In this document: positions 39,672 through 51,431 of the stretch, piece after piece
Layout of the letters: each line of letters starts with the position of its first letter
Numbering within the stretch: position 1 is the stretch's first letter
Source of the DNA: Lepidodermella squamata
Taxonomy: Eukaryota > Animalia > Gastrotricha
Direction of reading: 5' to 3'
DNA: 64,000 bases
NCBI GenBank assembly: GCA_047495785.1
Contig: JBLDXI010000013.1
Span: forward strand, 2,790,001 to 2,854,000
The notes under the pieces: model-generated
Told to the model about the DNA's origin: nothing
The model's database searches: none
The model's input: the letters and a program-made list of their open reading frames with translations, nothing else
Made by a program: the position numbers and the translations under genes

Positions 39672-40959
39672 AAACCATCCAAACTAAAAGCATCCAAGAG
39701 CGATACCAGTCGATCGCACTTCTAAGGTAGGATACTGAATACTGAATAGGAACTCGGACTATTGCTTTATATCTCATTTCTTCCTTCGCATTTGTTGCTT
39801 TGTGGGCGATCATGGTGACATCAAACTAAAGATAGACTAGGATGGATTAGGACGGACAATTGGACCCTATTGGAAAAATATAAGAATGCCCGAATTTCCT
39901 TTTCACTCTTTTGAATTGCATATCTCTACGAGTTTTGTTAGATTAGGCGAAAAATGCACGAACGTAGCGACGATAACTTTGGCATTGAAGTTCAACTCCG
40001 TAAGCTTTTCAGGCTTTAATCGCTGTCTTCTCTAAACATTCGTATGGACGTTTGGACACCCCCTTTGCTATCGTCAAGCACGAATCACTTCGAGTTGAAA
40101 AACGCCATGATCCAATTAAAATCAAATTCGATGTTGCAAGGCAATGTCATCTCCGTGACGGCTGGACTCACCAGTCAAAGTTCGGTCGAGAGTTGTCGGT
40201 TCTATTTGGATATAGTATTCGGTTATTTGGATCAGAGGCGTACCTGGGATTTATTTTTTGGGGTGATAATTATTTTGAACTGCGGCTTCGAAAATTTCGG
40301 GGTTTAAAAAACACCTAAGAAGCCTAGCGAGCTTTAGCTGACGCTCTTTTCGGGCATTTTCAATTTGAAAATAGGCTTAGAATGCCTTAAAAGTTGCATG
40401 GTTCACCGAAAATTTGTAACAGGAGACCACGAATTCAACGGTTGATGGTGGGTATGGTCGAAACTTTGACAGCCACTTAACAGCCATGTAGCAACCGGTC
40501 ATATTACCTATGTTATCGAGTATTGGCTTCTTTATTTTTGAGACGCGTCGTATGAAAGGAGTCCTTATCGAAGCTCCATAATATCGTAGTAGTGTTTAGT
40601 CACCCCAAATTTATGACGCAACCAAAACTATTGTCTCATATAACTTTCCAGTCTTTTCCGCAAGTACCGAACCTTGAATGACCGCTGAAAGGTTTTTATG
40701 ATTGACCTCGAGCTGTTAAATTGGTAGAAATTGTGACAGGACATAACATCCAACCGGTGTTGAATATCTGGGTTCAATGGTTAGTTCCTATGGTTAGTAC
40801 CTACCATGATTTCACAATTCTCTTAGACTCTAATTGAAAAGGTTTGATTCCCAATGCCAAAGGTTCTGCAATAAATGAATTATATATTTCTGAACATTTT
40901 TTAGAATTTTTAATATTTCTTGTCTATATGCGATTACAACCTGGACATATACTTTGAGA

Positions 40960-42260
40960 AGAAACCTTTTTTCGGCAGAAAAGTACTTTTTTCCGCAGAA
41001 AATTTCTCTTTTCGGCAGAGAGTACTCTTTTCGGCAGAGAATACTTTTTTCAGCAGAAAATTCTACTCTTTTCCGCAGAAACTTTTTTTTTGTCGATAAA
41101 AATTAAATTTTTGTTACCATAATGATCACCGTTCATTCCTGAGTCGTCCTATGTGTTTATTTTGTCATGTTCAGAGGTAAGTGTCAACAAAAAACGAATA
41201 GATAAAATCAGAATTAGCGACTCAAAGCCATATAGTGAACACCCGTGTAAAAGACGTGGTTTGCGACCAACTGAAGAGCTTTTGATCGGGGATATTTCAA
41301 GTTTGCTGTGGTCGACTTCGTGAACAAAAATTTTGCAGTCGTAAATGTTGGCGAGGGCGAAGAGCGCTTCGTTCCCAGCCCAGAATCCAGGCTCAGATAA
41401 CCTTATAACTGGAGAAAAGGCAATCATTATCTAACACAGCGTGTTAGTTTTAAACATACTATGATTCCGAAAATCGTGCAAGTCAAATGTGCGTTTCGCA
41501 TCCTTCTTATACAGCCCAGCAACAAATGGCTCCGTTGATTCCTCGTTGTCCATCAACCAAGTCACTGTTTTGTTGCGAAACTCCAAGTGGTCTTCCTCTG
41601 AACCGTTGAAAAGACCACCCAGGCTGCTAATCCAGTGCTGGCAATCGTTATGATAAACGAGGACGCTGCCGTCTGGTTGTTCCACGAAAGACGCTCGTTT
41701 GTTACAGCGCTGGTACCCAACTTTGTCGTAGAATTTGCAACGCAACGGAATCCTTCGACAGTTATTCGAGTCGAATGCGACCACCGAGTCTTGCCTGAAT
41801 AATCCGAACTGGATGGATGCAATTGCTTCGTCCCATGACTCGTGCGAGCCAGCCTGCACATAGGTACCGCTCTTCCCCCGGGTAGGCGGAGCTTCCACGA
41901 CAGAAGCATCCGTTGATGATTTTCCAGATGAAGGAGATGAAAAGAATAGCTCTTTCATGCTCAAGTTCAATCAGAATTCAGAATTGAAAATAGCATTCAA
42001 ATTTTCATCTTAGTTTCATTTCAACACCCATAGCACATAAACACTCATATCGTCGAAATGAACACATAGGACGACTCAGGAATGAACGGTGATCATTATG
42101 GTAAAAAAAATTTAATTTTAATCGACAAAAAAAAAATTTCTGCGGAAAAGAGTAGAATTTTCTGCTGAAAAAAGTATTCTCTGCCGAAAAGAGTACTCTC
42201 TGCCGAAAAGAGAAATTTTCTGCGGAAAAAAGTACTTTTCTGCCGAAGAAAGTATGACCC
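40960..42260 (-). mobile_element. Non-autonomous Mutator-like (MULE/foldback) element with about 190-bp TIRs, 10-bp TSD and OTU-protease fragment
   Basis: Inverted repeats at about 40967-41157 and 42061-42250 are built from about 20-bp subrepeats. TACTTTGAGA occurs at 40950-40959 and 42261-42270. Internal ORFs encode C-x8-C...H (transposase DNA-binding-like) and OTU-like HLEFRNKTVTWL...WAGNEALFALANIYDCKIFVH. Confidence 0.8.
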
Positions 42261-45215
42261 TACTTTGAGACTGATTTAGTCCTGTAAAATACTTCCCACT
42301 TTGATTTTTCAAACGCTCACTTTGATTGTTCAAACGCATATCGGAATGCAAAACCTTGGGTATTCAAATATGAATTTCTGCATTATTTTACATTATTTTT
42401 TCCTTGCAGATATTATGACAACGTCTGAACCCTTCACTTGACAACCTTGAGAGCAAGGAATCCTTTCCCGCTCATTTGCAGGAAGAGGGCCAGCGACCAG
42501 CAAACGAAGGCTGTGATTACATAATGCTGAGTTTCTTCATGATGAAATGGATGAATGAATTACTGAAAAATAAATGATTTTGAAAATTGGTAGTATATTG
42601 TAATTGTAATATATATTGACCTACAAAGTGGAATGCCGCGTAATATTATGGGAGAAACAACTTTAACTGGTAAGTAAACTGGGAATCCGAGAGAACGGCA
42701 GCTATTTCGGGGCAAATCTCGCAAATAAATTGACAGACCTGAAACATTAAACGCGATATCAGTACCGTAGCGGCATATCTTGTTAGATTTTCTGTCGCGG
42801 AGCGATATCATGATGCTGAGTTGCACACCCAACGAAAGCACCGACCAAAAATGGCCGAGTTTTCTATCCTAAACTAGCGTATGGCCCAGTTGAAGACATT
42901 CGCATCACGGTTTCAGACAGCTGCAGGATAAAAAAAGCGCGCGCAAGTACACGCGCATAAATAGCGTATTTCTCATACACAAAAGCTACGAAAACATCGA
43001 TAATATACGCACACATATATAATGTAGTAATAATACGCACAGTACTTGAGCCATAAATAGAATTGGCGCAAACGGGGACGCATGCAGTAACGGGGTCATG
43101 GCTCCCCTAGATTTATGCACATTTCCATCTTTTTCTCTCACCTACCAATGGTCGGTTTTGACTGAAACTTGACTTTTTTGGAAAAACCTCCCTTTTGGTT
43201 GCCAATGTAGCAGTAAACTAACCGTGGGAAAAAAATTGCGCAAATTATTAACCTCACTCGTGTCCACATGTCCTTTTCTAGCGCATCCGTGGCAAAAATT
43301 AGTTCACGCGACTAAGATTTCTCGAAAATTCTCATCCCGTGGTTTTAGGATATTTTGTAGTCGCAAATGAAGATAATTTCTGTTTTCGTTTCAACTAAAT
43401 TTGACTTAATATCAAAATTTGCGGTATAACACCTTCAACACGCGCAAGCTGACTAATGCCTAATTCGGGCCGATTAACTGAAGTGAGGAACAGACTCATC
43501 AACGACGACGTCGATGCTGTTTCATCGAAAATAAGGAAGGTCGAAGTCGAGAATCAGGTTCGTTTATACCTTGATATCTTGGTGATATTTATTCATTTTA
43601 TATTGCAACTAAAATTATCAAGTTTAAAATTTCTGGATTTTGATGCTCTCAAATTTGGCTAAAAAAACGCTTCGTCATACTTTTACAACGGCTGTCCTTT
43701 GACTAGGACTAGGGTGAAGGTTATTAAAGCGAGAGATTTGAGCAGAATATGTATAAATCAATCGGCTACCGATAATTTGTTGAATCTTGAAATTTGAAGG
43801 TACTTCAAAAAAATCCGTGGAGATTTTTTGACCTACAAGATGTCCATAAGTGAAATCTACACAAATTTTGATTATCGGCCGAATCCAAAGAAACGAAAGT
43901 TTTGTAAAACAATCCCTGCTCCATGGCTTCATCATTTGAAATTATTATTTTCGTGTTGAAGATGCCGCATATCGTTTTTCACTTAGCGACTGATTCGATG
44001 TCGCTAAGTGGCACATGAAGCTATTGAAATGTAGTTACAGCGACAAATTGGACAATCAATCGGTTAGAATACTAATGAAGTTATAGCACTTTGACATTGA
44101 AATTGGTTCTAAAAATTATCTCCAGCCTGGAAAATTTCGAGTTTGATTTTGACATGACATTTATAGCTGCCTTCTAAATGTCCGTTCGTAATGTGTTGAA
44201 CATCGCAATTACGTCACTGATCAGAACTACGCTATTATCAATAGAATTTCTAAGACAGAGCCTTACAAGTAATGATGTTTAGATTAGCTTTGTGCGGATA
44301 GGTAGCTTGATAATTTTATCGATTTGCAAACACTAGGTCACAAAGCGCTCCCATCTTATCGTTCCGATAGCAGCGCTTCCATGCAATCGTAACTGGTAAT
44401 TTTTTTTAATTATTATTTTAATAATTTTTTGTCACCAAGTTGTTGCGCTGCTGATCGCTGACTAGAAGAATAGTCAGCGCCCCAGAATTAGCCCAAGTCA
44501 AAGTTTTCCGGCTGTAAGAATAGGAATACCTGTCAATCATGTGATCATCGATTTACTAAATAAGGAATTTATCGCAGAAATAGGTCGACTGGCACTTCAT
44601 TCTCTACACTCTGATCGACGCGTCTCTTGACAAGAGACAGATGTCGTGACATGAGATTATTATTTGAGTTTTTGATCTTTAGAACCCAGCCGCCCGCCTG
44701 TTTGTGCTCTATAGAAGCTCGTCACCGATTGGCACGTGCTTCTATTTGGTTGATACGAAAATGCTATAGAATAATTTATTATCTGGGTCAATTGTGTTCT
44801 ATAACGCGCGTTCTCGTTTTGTAAGTTATATAAAAAAGCACACACTTATTATTTTTATGCCTATGCCTATCAAATTGGTTCAAAAGGATAACGTGTCCGA
44901 ATAAAGTGTCGGGTCCTAAAACATTGATTCTATAGCAGTAGTAGGGAGTGCTATATTATGACATTTTCGAAGATAACGCCAAAGACATTTATTAACGGGT
45001 GGTTTCCTTTATTTTAAATAACCCTCGCCGTTTCACAAGATTTCATTTCCACCGTTTTCCAGACAAAGCACCGAGTAATTTCTGAACCGACCGACCAGCA
45101 GAAGCCAAACCAGGCGCCAAAGAAACGCCAGCGACCGGCCGCAACATCGCCAGAGCATAATTGTTCGTCGCCAAAACAGTCACAGACCTCATCCACATCT
45201 ACAGCTCAAACTTGC

Positions 45216-45686
45216 ATGACCTTTCGATTCCGCGAGGAAACTCCGTTCGGTAATTTATTTTTTGACCTTTTCAGACAACTTCATTTTTCCATGCTATACG
45301 TCAGAGCTCCGCGTCAGTGAGTCGTCAAAAGTTAAAGAATTGTACCCCGACCGCTTGCCTATTGTTGTCGAACGAGTGCCAGGCTGTTCTATTGCCGTTT
45401 TGGACAAGCTGAAATTTCTCGTTCCTGACAACATTTGCATGGATCAGTTCATTTGGATTTTGAAACAGGTTCATGTATTGCGCTTATTTTTATCATCTCA
45501 ATTTTGAAAATCAATATTCCGCAGAAGCTGTCTTTTCCGTTTGATCAAGACCTCGCAATATACATCGACGATCAAAAAACGCCACCCCCAAGTGATGCCG
45601 GCATTCGCGAAATGCACGACAAGTTCAAAGACAAGGATGGCTTCTTGTACGTCAGCTATTGCGAGGTTGGATTTTCGAGAAACTGA
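45216..45686 (+). CDS. Divergent ATG8/GABARAP-family protein lacking canonical C-terminal FG
   Basis: Exons 45216-45249, 45305-45468, 45525-45686. YPDRLPIVVER, LDKLKFLVP and DKDGFLYVSY, ending CEVGFSRN*. Confidence 0.85.
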
Positions 45687-46853
45687 ACTGGTTGAAAATC
45701 CTTGACACAATTATTTGACTGTTCTGTTATTCTTTTCTGTTTTTTTTTATATCATCATCGATCGAGGGATGTACGTTGCATTTTTCATTGTGGGATGATC
45801 CATTTATCGATCTGGGTGATATTATCTAAAATAAATAATAATTTTCGGCTTGTCTTGTCCGTGCTCTCATAATAATAATTCATTGCTCCGGTAACTTCTT
45901 ATTTTTTGGGACATTCAAATTGTACAGGTCCGAAGTTAATTGCAGGGTAGTGCGCAACAAACATCACGTGCCGTCTGCTCGCGCCTTAACTTATAGGGCA
46001 CAAGGACAAATTAGAATGGAGCTATTATCCTTGATAAAAACCGAGCAATTCCCGTAGGAAAATGTCGAATGGGGCTTGCTGAAAAGGATGATAGAAAATT
46101 ATTATATCGAAAAATCTATAACACAAGCGTTCCGCTTATCTCACGTGTTTGCCTTAAAAATCAATTAAAATGCAATGATCTCAACGATTTGGCTTGGGCG
46201 GTATGCAGATATATTACCATTTTTGGTTCGGCTTTTGTTTACAGTGCTCATTGCCGAAATTTAACATTTAAAAGCAAACTTTTTTCTCCTGCACTCATGG
46301 AGGTGAATGATAATAATTTCGAGATATTCATCTGAGATCATCATTATTTTCTTATTATTAAAAATTATTTTGAAAACAAAAACTTATTGCACCCTATTCG
46401 AGTGCGATGAGCTCGTACTAAATTTTTACCGTATATATTAATATTTTGCTTACACGAGTTTGACATGCTAATTTTCTTCAAGAGCTATTAACACGGCAAA
46501 CGTGGACAGATAGAATTATATGAATGTAGATGAAAAACATTTACGTTGAGCCGCATCTTCTTCTGTTGAACTAACGTAGAACTTCATATTGGTGCTTCAA
46601 ATTCATCATATTGAGTATTTCAATTAGGATTTATATCCGACTTATCCTTCCCCCGGAGGAGACACGCCGTTTTTAAACAAATCGATCAAGCTCTCATTGC
46701 CATATCATATAGAGCTCTGCGATGCTTTGAGAAATTCATAAATCGCAGGCTTTCGAAATAAATTGGAATTTTTATACGCTGATGCGAAGTTCGAATGGCT
46801 AAATCGAGAAAATCTTCATCATTAAGCTATAACTTCAATTCAATATCAACGCA

Positions 46854-48818
46854 ATGAGGCGTAATCGTCGCAATGCCACTGCATTCATCCTAGGAATAAG
46901 CTGTTTCGTTGCTTATCTTCTGTTTGTTCCGTTTCAAGTTTACGACACCGGAAAGCGAATTCAAGCCGAAAGTCTGCCGCATAGGACATGTGTCATTCCA
47001 GCTTTACAGCCGGAAAAATCAGCAGCGAAACCGCCAAATCCAATATCTTGCTCAAAATATCCGAAAAATCCTGTCTACTCAAACAATGGAATGCTGTTTA
47101 TCGACCCTTTTATAGCTGGTAGCAGCCGTAAAATATCTTGCAGTTATCGAAATATCAGTTTTCAAACGGATTTTAATGTTCGAGCCGAGAGAGGAATTGA
47201 GCTGAAAAATGGCTCGTACCCTTGCCCATCAGACAACCTCTACGTCTATTGTGTCGACGAACAAGACGGCTCGCTGGTTTTTCAGACAACTCTGCGGTGC
47301 CTTGCTCAGAAACCAGAAGTCATGTCCCGGATTGGCAATTTGCTTGCGAAGAATAATTTGTCTTCGATGTTCAAGGAGAAGCTGAATATTTTGATGTTGG
47401 GCTTTGACAGTGTTTCTCATGTCAGCTGGCTCGAGCAACTGCCGTTATCAACCGAGTATTTTCAAAATAAATTCAATGGCTTTGTTTTCGATGGCTACAA
47501 CATAGTTGGCGACGGAACTACGGCGGCAATTCTAGCACTTACGACCGGTTTTATGGAAGATGAGCTTCATGAGTCGAGGCGAGGCTTTCGAGGTGCAACA
47601 AAGGTGGATGATTTTCCGTTTATATGGAGCCAATTAGCAAATGAAGCTGGATACGCAACGCTTTGGGACGAGGAACAACACGACATCGGAACATTCCATT
47701 TCAGGTAAAAATAATAATTTTCTGTGTTATATCGGGTTGATTATCGTTTTTTTATTAGATTGCTCGGGTTCAAAAAGCCACCTGTTGATTATTACGGGCG
47801 GCCATTTCGAATGTTTTCCGAGCCGAAAACAGGTTACGATCCACATTGCTTCGGTTCAGTCAAGCATTTCGACGAACAAGTCAGCCTATTCGACAGATTT
47901 TTCGAGGCCTACCCGGATCCTCTGCCGAAGTTCGCCCTGACCTTCAGCAGCATATACTCGCATACAGATAGCGGGCAGGAGGTTTATCGATTGGATGAAG
48001 ATCTGTTGGAGGCTATGAAACGGCACGAAGCTAAAGGCTACTACAACAACAGCATGTTCATATTATTTTCTGATCATGGATCTCGGTATAGCGGTTCAAG
48101 GGCGAGCCAACGGGGGAAAATTTCCGAGCGGCTGCCATTTTTAGGGATTTCTTTCCCAGACTGGTTTCGGAAAAAGTACCCGGCTGAGATGCAGCAGCTT
48201 CAAGAAGCAACTAAAGTCTTGACAACACCTTTCGACCTTCATGCTACTTTTGTGGATGTTGGTGGACTGTCTCCCAAGCCCGAAACTCCTACGCGTGGCA
48301 TTTCGTTCTTCCGATCCAAGCCATCAAATCGAACTTGCGAAGATGCCGGAATTTCGCCTCATTGGTGCACTTGTCTCGAGGAAGGTGCTGAAAACACGCT
48401 GAGTCTCAACGATAACCTGGTCGCTAGATGCCTATCTGTTTTTGAAAATGTCGTGAACAATGATTTGCTTAAAGATTTCGAAATTTGCGAAAGATTGAAG
48501 GCAATTAACCCTTTTGAAGCACGCCGGTTTCGCATCAGAAGTGAAGTGGCTAACTTTGTCAAATCGGCGGATATCCACGGCCGGCAGCCAGAGTTTGACA
48601 AAAGTCAGTCGATCGGTGAAGAATATGTCCAGATTTCTTTTGCGACATCGCCCGGAAATGGCCTATGGGAGGCGACTTTTATGCATGACCTCAAAAATGA
48701 CACTATCACGCTTGGCGTGAAACAAATTAGCCGTACGAATGTTTATGGAAACGGCCCAAGGTGCGTGCAACAGGAGCATCCATTCCTTCGACCATTCTGC
48801 CTTTGTAAAAACTTGTGA
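46854..48818 (+). CDS. DUF229 family (alkaline phosphatase/sulfatase-like) type II membrane protein, copy 1
   Basis: Exons 46854-47704 and 47759-48818. N-terminal TM anchor; LGFDS, YNIVGDGTTA, SDHG, ERLP, TPFDLHAT, CEDAGISPHWCTC, ISRTN, FCLC. Confidence 0.9.
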
Positions 48819-48889
48819 TACATATACAAAATACATCTTGTATTTATTTTTTCGAAATAAAAGCTCAGCAACGTTAACATTTTGAAAGA

Positions 48890-51109
48890 TCACAATTTAT
48901 TTCTGCAGTAGCAAAACGCTCGAAGATGAGGGTAGTTCGCAGCTATGCAATCCGGCGCCGAGCCATATTTGTTTGTCCTGCTAATTTGCTTCATATTCAG
49001 GATTATTTCACCCGAATCCGGCTTGTGGCCGAAAGTAGCTTCCCAAGTTGCATTGCCAGGTTGACTCGAGAATGACAGCTGAATATACTCGATATCAACA
49101 GCTTTTTTATCATCAGCACCAAATGACGCTTTTCTCCCGTGGCCATCGACTGTTTGAATAAATTTTCGAACTTCGTGTCTCAGGCCGAATCTAGTCGCTG
49201 AAACTGCGTTTTCAGTTATGATAGGTACACATTGCTTCGATTCGATAAATTTTCCAATTAAATCGGTATTGACGTAATTTTCGAAAGCTTTCAAGCTCTT
49301 TTCGACCAGAGAATCGTTGAGAGGTAGCGAGTTATCTAGGTCAGAGGGTTCTAAACAAGTGCACCAATGCGGTGAAATTCCGGCATCTTCGCAACTTCGA
49401 CCTCGGGGATGAGGCTTAAAGAAACTGATCGATCGATTAGCAGGGTAGCCTGGCAGAGGTTCAAGACCAGCCACATCTAATAAGGTCGCATGGAGGTCGA
49501 AGGGTGTTGTCAAAGTCCGAGATGCTTTGGCTAGATTTTCCATTTCATCTTTGTATTTATCTCTAAACCAGGGTGGAAAGGTCAGGCTGAGGAATGGCAA
49601 TCTCTCCGAAATTTTCCCGCGATGAGTTGCTCTCGATCCGCTAAAACGCGACCCATGGTCGGAGAAAACCATCAGGAGTGAATTGTTTAAAAACCCCTTC
49701 GACAGCCAATATTCGATTTTGCTTCGAACAACTTCGTCGTATTGAGCGATGTAACTTTCATTTTCGCTGGCTGATGTGTGCGTGAAATAGCTTGAGAAGG
49801 CGAAAATGAGTTTTTTAATCGGGTCTGGATAGGCTGCAAACATTTGTTCGAACAGACTGATTTGTTCTTCGAAATGGTTCAACGACCCGAAACAATTACG
49901 GTCGTAAGTGAAACCAGGTATATCGTCATGCCCTGGTGCCTGTTCGTGCAGGAGACGGAAAATTCTCCCGTGGTGATCAACAGGTGGCTTATCAAAGCCT
50001 AACAACCTGGAAATTTCAAAGTTGAAATTGTAATATTGAAGTTAAATAAATACCAACCGGTAGTGAAATGTTCCAAGTGAAACTGACTCCTCGTCCCACA
50101 AGGTGACGTAGCCGGTATCGTTCAATTGGTAAAATATTAATGGAAAATCGTCAAGCTGCCGAGCACCCGCGAAGCCTCTACGGGTTTCATACAATTCCTC
50201 CTCCAGGAATCCGCTAGTTAAGCCCAAAATTGCGGCAGTTGTGCCATCCCCAACGATGTTATACCCATCGAAAACAACAGCGCCTAGTTTTTCTGTCAGA
50301 TATTCCGTTGTCTTAGGCAGCTCCTCGACGAATCTAACGTGAGCCAAACTGTCGAAGCCGAGTATAACAATGTTCAGCTGCTCTTCGAAGAGCTTGTTCT
50401 TCCGAACTGGTCTCTTCTTACTGAGCCTTTGCGTTACCTCAGGCTTTGGGAAAATGCATCGCATAGGCATCGTGAAAAGCTCGTCCGGGCAATCGACAAG
50501 AAAACTCTCATCTTTGCAAGGTATAGTTTCATTAATCGGAAGTAGAATTGTTTTCTCGGGGTTCAAAACCGATAGAAAATCGTCACTTCGCTCAATAGGC
50601 GTGTAAGAACAATTTGCCGTGGTCGTTATGAATCCTTTCTCGACTACGACAGGGTTCGGCTCATATTTCGAGGAGCACGGCGTGTCTCTGTATATTTTTC
50701 CTGTTCTCGGCTGGGGCAGTATTACGGGAACAACACAGCTCGTTTTAGTCTCTTCAACAGGGGCAGTAGTAGTAGTAGTAGTCGTTTCAGGTTTCCTACT
50801 AGTTGGCTTAATCGCAGGCTTCGTTGTCGTTTCGGGTACAGTTATGACGTCTTTGTTTGGTTGTTCCTCTTGACTTTGAGGAGCTGGCTTGTCATCTAAG
50901 GAAAACCTTCAATACTAAAAGCTACTAAGTTAATAAAACCAGTATATACCGTTAACGTATTCGGCCTCGTTTTTTCTTTCAGAATTTTCATCTGAAAGAA
51001 CTATCGAGTCGTGCACCCTTCCTGAGCGCCGATAGATAAACGTTGTCACGATGACGGTAAATGAAACAAAAATGATAACTTTCTGACGTCTAAGTGTGTA
51101 AAACAGCAT
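48890..51109 (-). CDS. DUF229 family protein, copy 2 (Thr/Pro-rich stem)
   Basis: Exons 51109-50950, 50895-50058, 50006-48890. Same motifs as copy 1. Confidence 0.9.
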
Positions 51110-51431
51110 AGCTTTTACTTGATTCAAGTATTTACATCATGAAATAATAATGGTGGGGATGCCTTTCACCTATTTAACGTGAACACACCATGCATCGTGC
51201 GCCGGTATCTCCGCAGCCATTGATGAAAAATAAATAATAACATCACCCGCATTAGTGCAACTTTTATAAATTTGAAGTAAAATGTGAAAAGTGTTTGTTT
51301 CACTTTTCAGTTTAAAAAAGAAGCCGTCAAAATGTTCGTCTTCAACATGTTTTCAAATTTTCAAAACATGAATTCAAATAATTTTTGATTTGAGAGAAAA
51401 TGAAAAAAGTGCCTACTCTACTGTCGAGAAA

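Noticed and set aside
40967-41090. CRISPR-like array of about 20-bp repeats
   Set aside because: No unique spacers; these are subrepeats of a transposon TIR in a eukaryotic genome.
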